Shown: positions 63,405-64,000 of the stretch, piece by piece
How the letters are laid out: each line of letters opens with the position of its first letter
How positions within the stretch are numbered: the first letter of the stretch is position 1
Assembly (NCBI GenBank): GCA_030038655.1
Contig: JASHSP010000113.1
Location: 5,420-69,419, forward strand
DNA length: 64,000 bases
Reading direction: 5' to 3'
From: Thermoplasmata archaeon
GTDB taxonomy: Archaea > Thermoplasmatota > Thermoplasmata > Lutacidiplasmatales > UBA184
Translations under genes and position numbers: made by a program
Notes under the pieces: generated by a model
Database searches by the model: none
Told to the model about the DNA's origin: nothing
The model's input: the letters and a program-made list of their open reading frames with translations, nothing else

Positions 63405-63973
63405 AGGATCACGTCGATCCACCGGCCGTCCTTTCGAACCGCCTCGCGCAGCCGCCCCTCCCGACGAAAGCCGGATCGCTCGAGGACCCGTTCCGACGGG
63501 CGGTTCCCGACGAAGACGTGCGCGATCAGCCGGTGGAAGCCCAGGGGCCCGAACGCGAGCCGCACCAGCCCCCCCACCGCCTCCGTCGCGTAGCCTTGCC
63601 CCCGGAACTCTCGGGCGAGTAGGTAGCCGACCTCGGCGGTGCCGGCGGGATTGTCCAGCCGGTGGAGGCCGAGCCCCCCGACGAGCCGGCCGTCGGTCCG
63701 TCGCACGATCTGGAACGCGAGGTTGGACGCGGCGCGGCGGTTGAGCCGGGCGCGCCGCACGAACTCGGCCGCGTCCGACCGGGAGTATGGTTCCGGGATG
63801 CGCAGGGTCCACCGATGCACGGCGCGGTCCTTCATGAGGGCGACCACCTGTTCGTTGAGGGCAGCTTCGGGCCAGCGGAGCTCCAGCCTCCGGGTCCGGA
63901 ACGGCGGCCGGAGCGCCCGGACCCGCTCGCGGATCGATCGCGGCCGGCGGCCCCGGGGACGACGCGGGCTCAT
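63320..63973 (-). CDS. GNAT-family N-acetyltransferase (RimJ/RimL-like)
   Basis: The acetyl-CoA-binding motif Q/RxxGxG/A is present in ..EVGYLLAREFRGQGYATEAVGGLVRLAF... The probable start is the Met at 63833-63835 (MKDRAVHRW), since the preceding 46 codons are Arg/Pro-rich. The 3' end overlaps leuS convergently. Confidence 0.65.
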   Translation of the reverse strand: MSPRRPRGRRPRSIRERVRALRPPFRTRRLELRWPEAALNEQVVALMKDRAVHRWTLRIPEPYSRSDAAEFVRRARLNRRAASNLAFQIVRRTDGRLVGGLGLHRLDNPAGTAEVGYLLAREFRGQGYATEAVGGLVRLAFGPLGFHRLIAHVFVGNRPSERVLERSGFRREGRLREAVRKDGRWIDVILYARVRSDPAPARGRSSGGAARSPARAK

Positions 63974-64000
63974 CGGGGCCGTTTCGTTCGGGAGAAGTTG

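Overview
The 64-kb window is archaeal and high-GC (~70%). Archaeal identity rests on GatD/GatE, Orc1/Cdc6, Spt5-SecE-uL11, glycerol-1-phosphate dehydrogenase, Hel308, an archaeal-type LeuRS and intron-containing tRNAs. A thermopsin (acid protease) domain in one surface protein suggests an acidophilic Thermoplasmatota-like lineage.

Gene start and stop sites are dense with GTGA/ATGA overlaps. Promoters are leaderless-type TATA boxes sitting in short AT-rich islands. Much of the six-frame ORF track is antisense or out-of-frame artefact of the GC content.

The left end carries pdxS (3' partial) and a TPP riboswitch upstream of a thiamine/iron-type ABC transporter (substrate-binding protein, permease, ATPase), followed by aconitase.

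Positions ~7.4-35 kb form a cell-surface island ending at a tRNA-Arg. It holds four giant, heavily N-glycosylation-sequon-rich surface proteins: a thermopsin-domain/beta-helix protein, a YVTN beta-propeller protein, a pure tandem-repeat protein and an SBP5+YVTN fusion. All four share a ~90-aa 'TGLPxGTxW' Ig-like repeat module.

Embedded in the island is the most interesting locus, at ~15.9-21.5 kb: a minus-strand operon of a winged-helix regulator, a signal peptidase I (S26/SipW-like) fused to a polytopic membrane domain, a TapA-sized substrate and TasA/camelysin-like secreted proteins. The substrate and two of the TasA-like proteins carry SipW-cognate-type N-termini (..GTGFAAFTTAAYVD..AGTLGPL); the fourth gene (15976-16515) is a small Cys-containing secreted protein. 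I read this as an archaeal TasA-SipW-type extracellular fibre/matrix system.

The right half holds housekeeping genes: gatDE, PGP-like HAD, Hsp20, uL11, Spt5 with an N-terminal extension, secE, ftsZ, mptE, yjbQ, a LeuB-family dehydrogenase, a P-loop-degenerate Orc1/Cdc6, hel308, acyl-CoA dehydrogenase, an Rqc2/NFACT homologue, UPF0179, G1PDH, queE, an MFS transporter, leuS and a GNAT. Two tRNAs (Arg-GCG, Pro-UGG) carry ~35-nt non-canonical introns at the same D-loop position.
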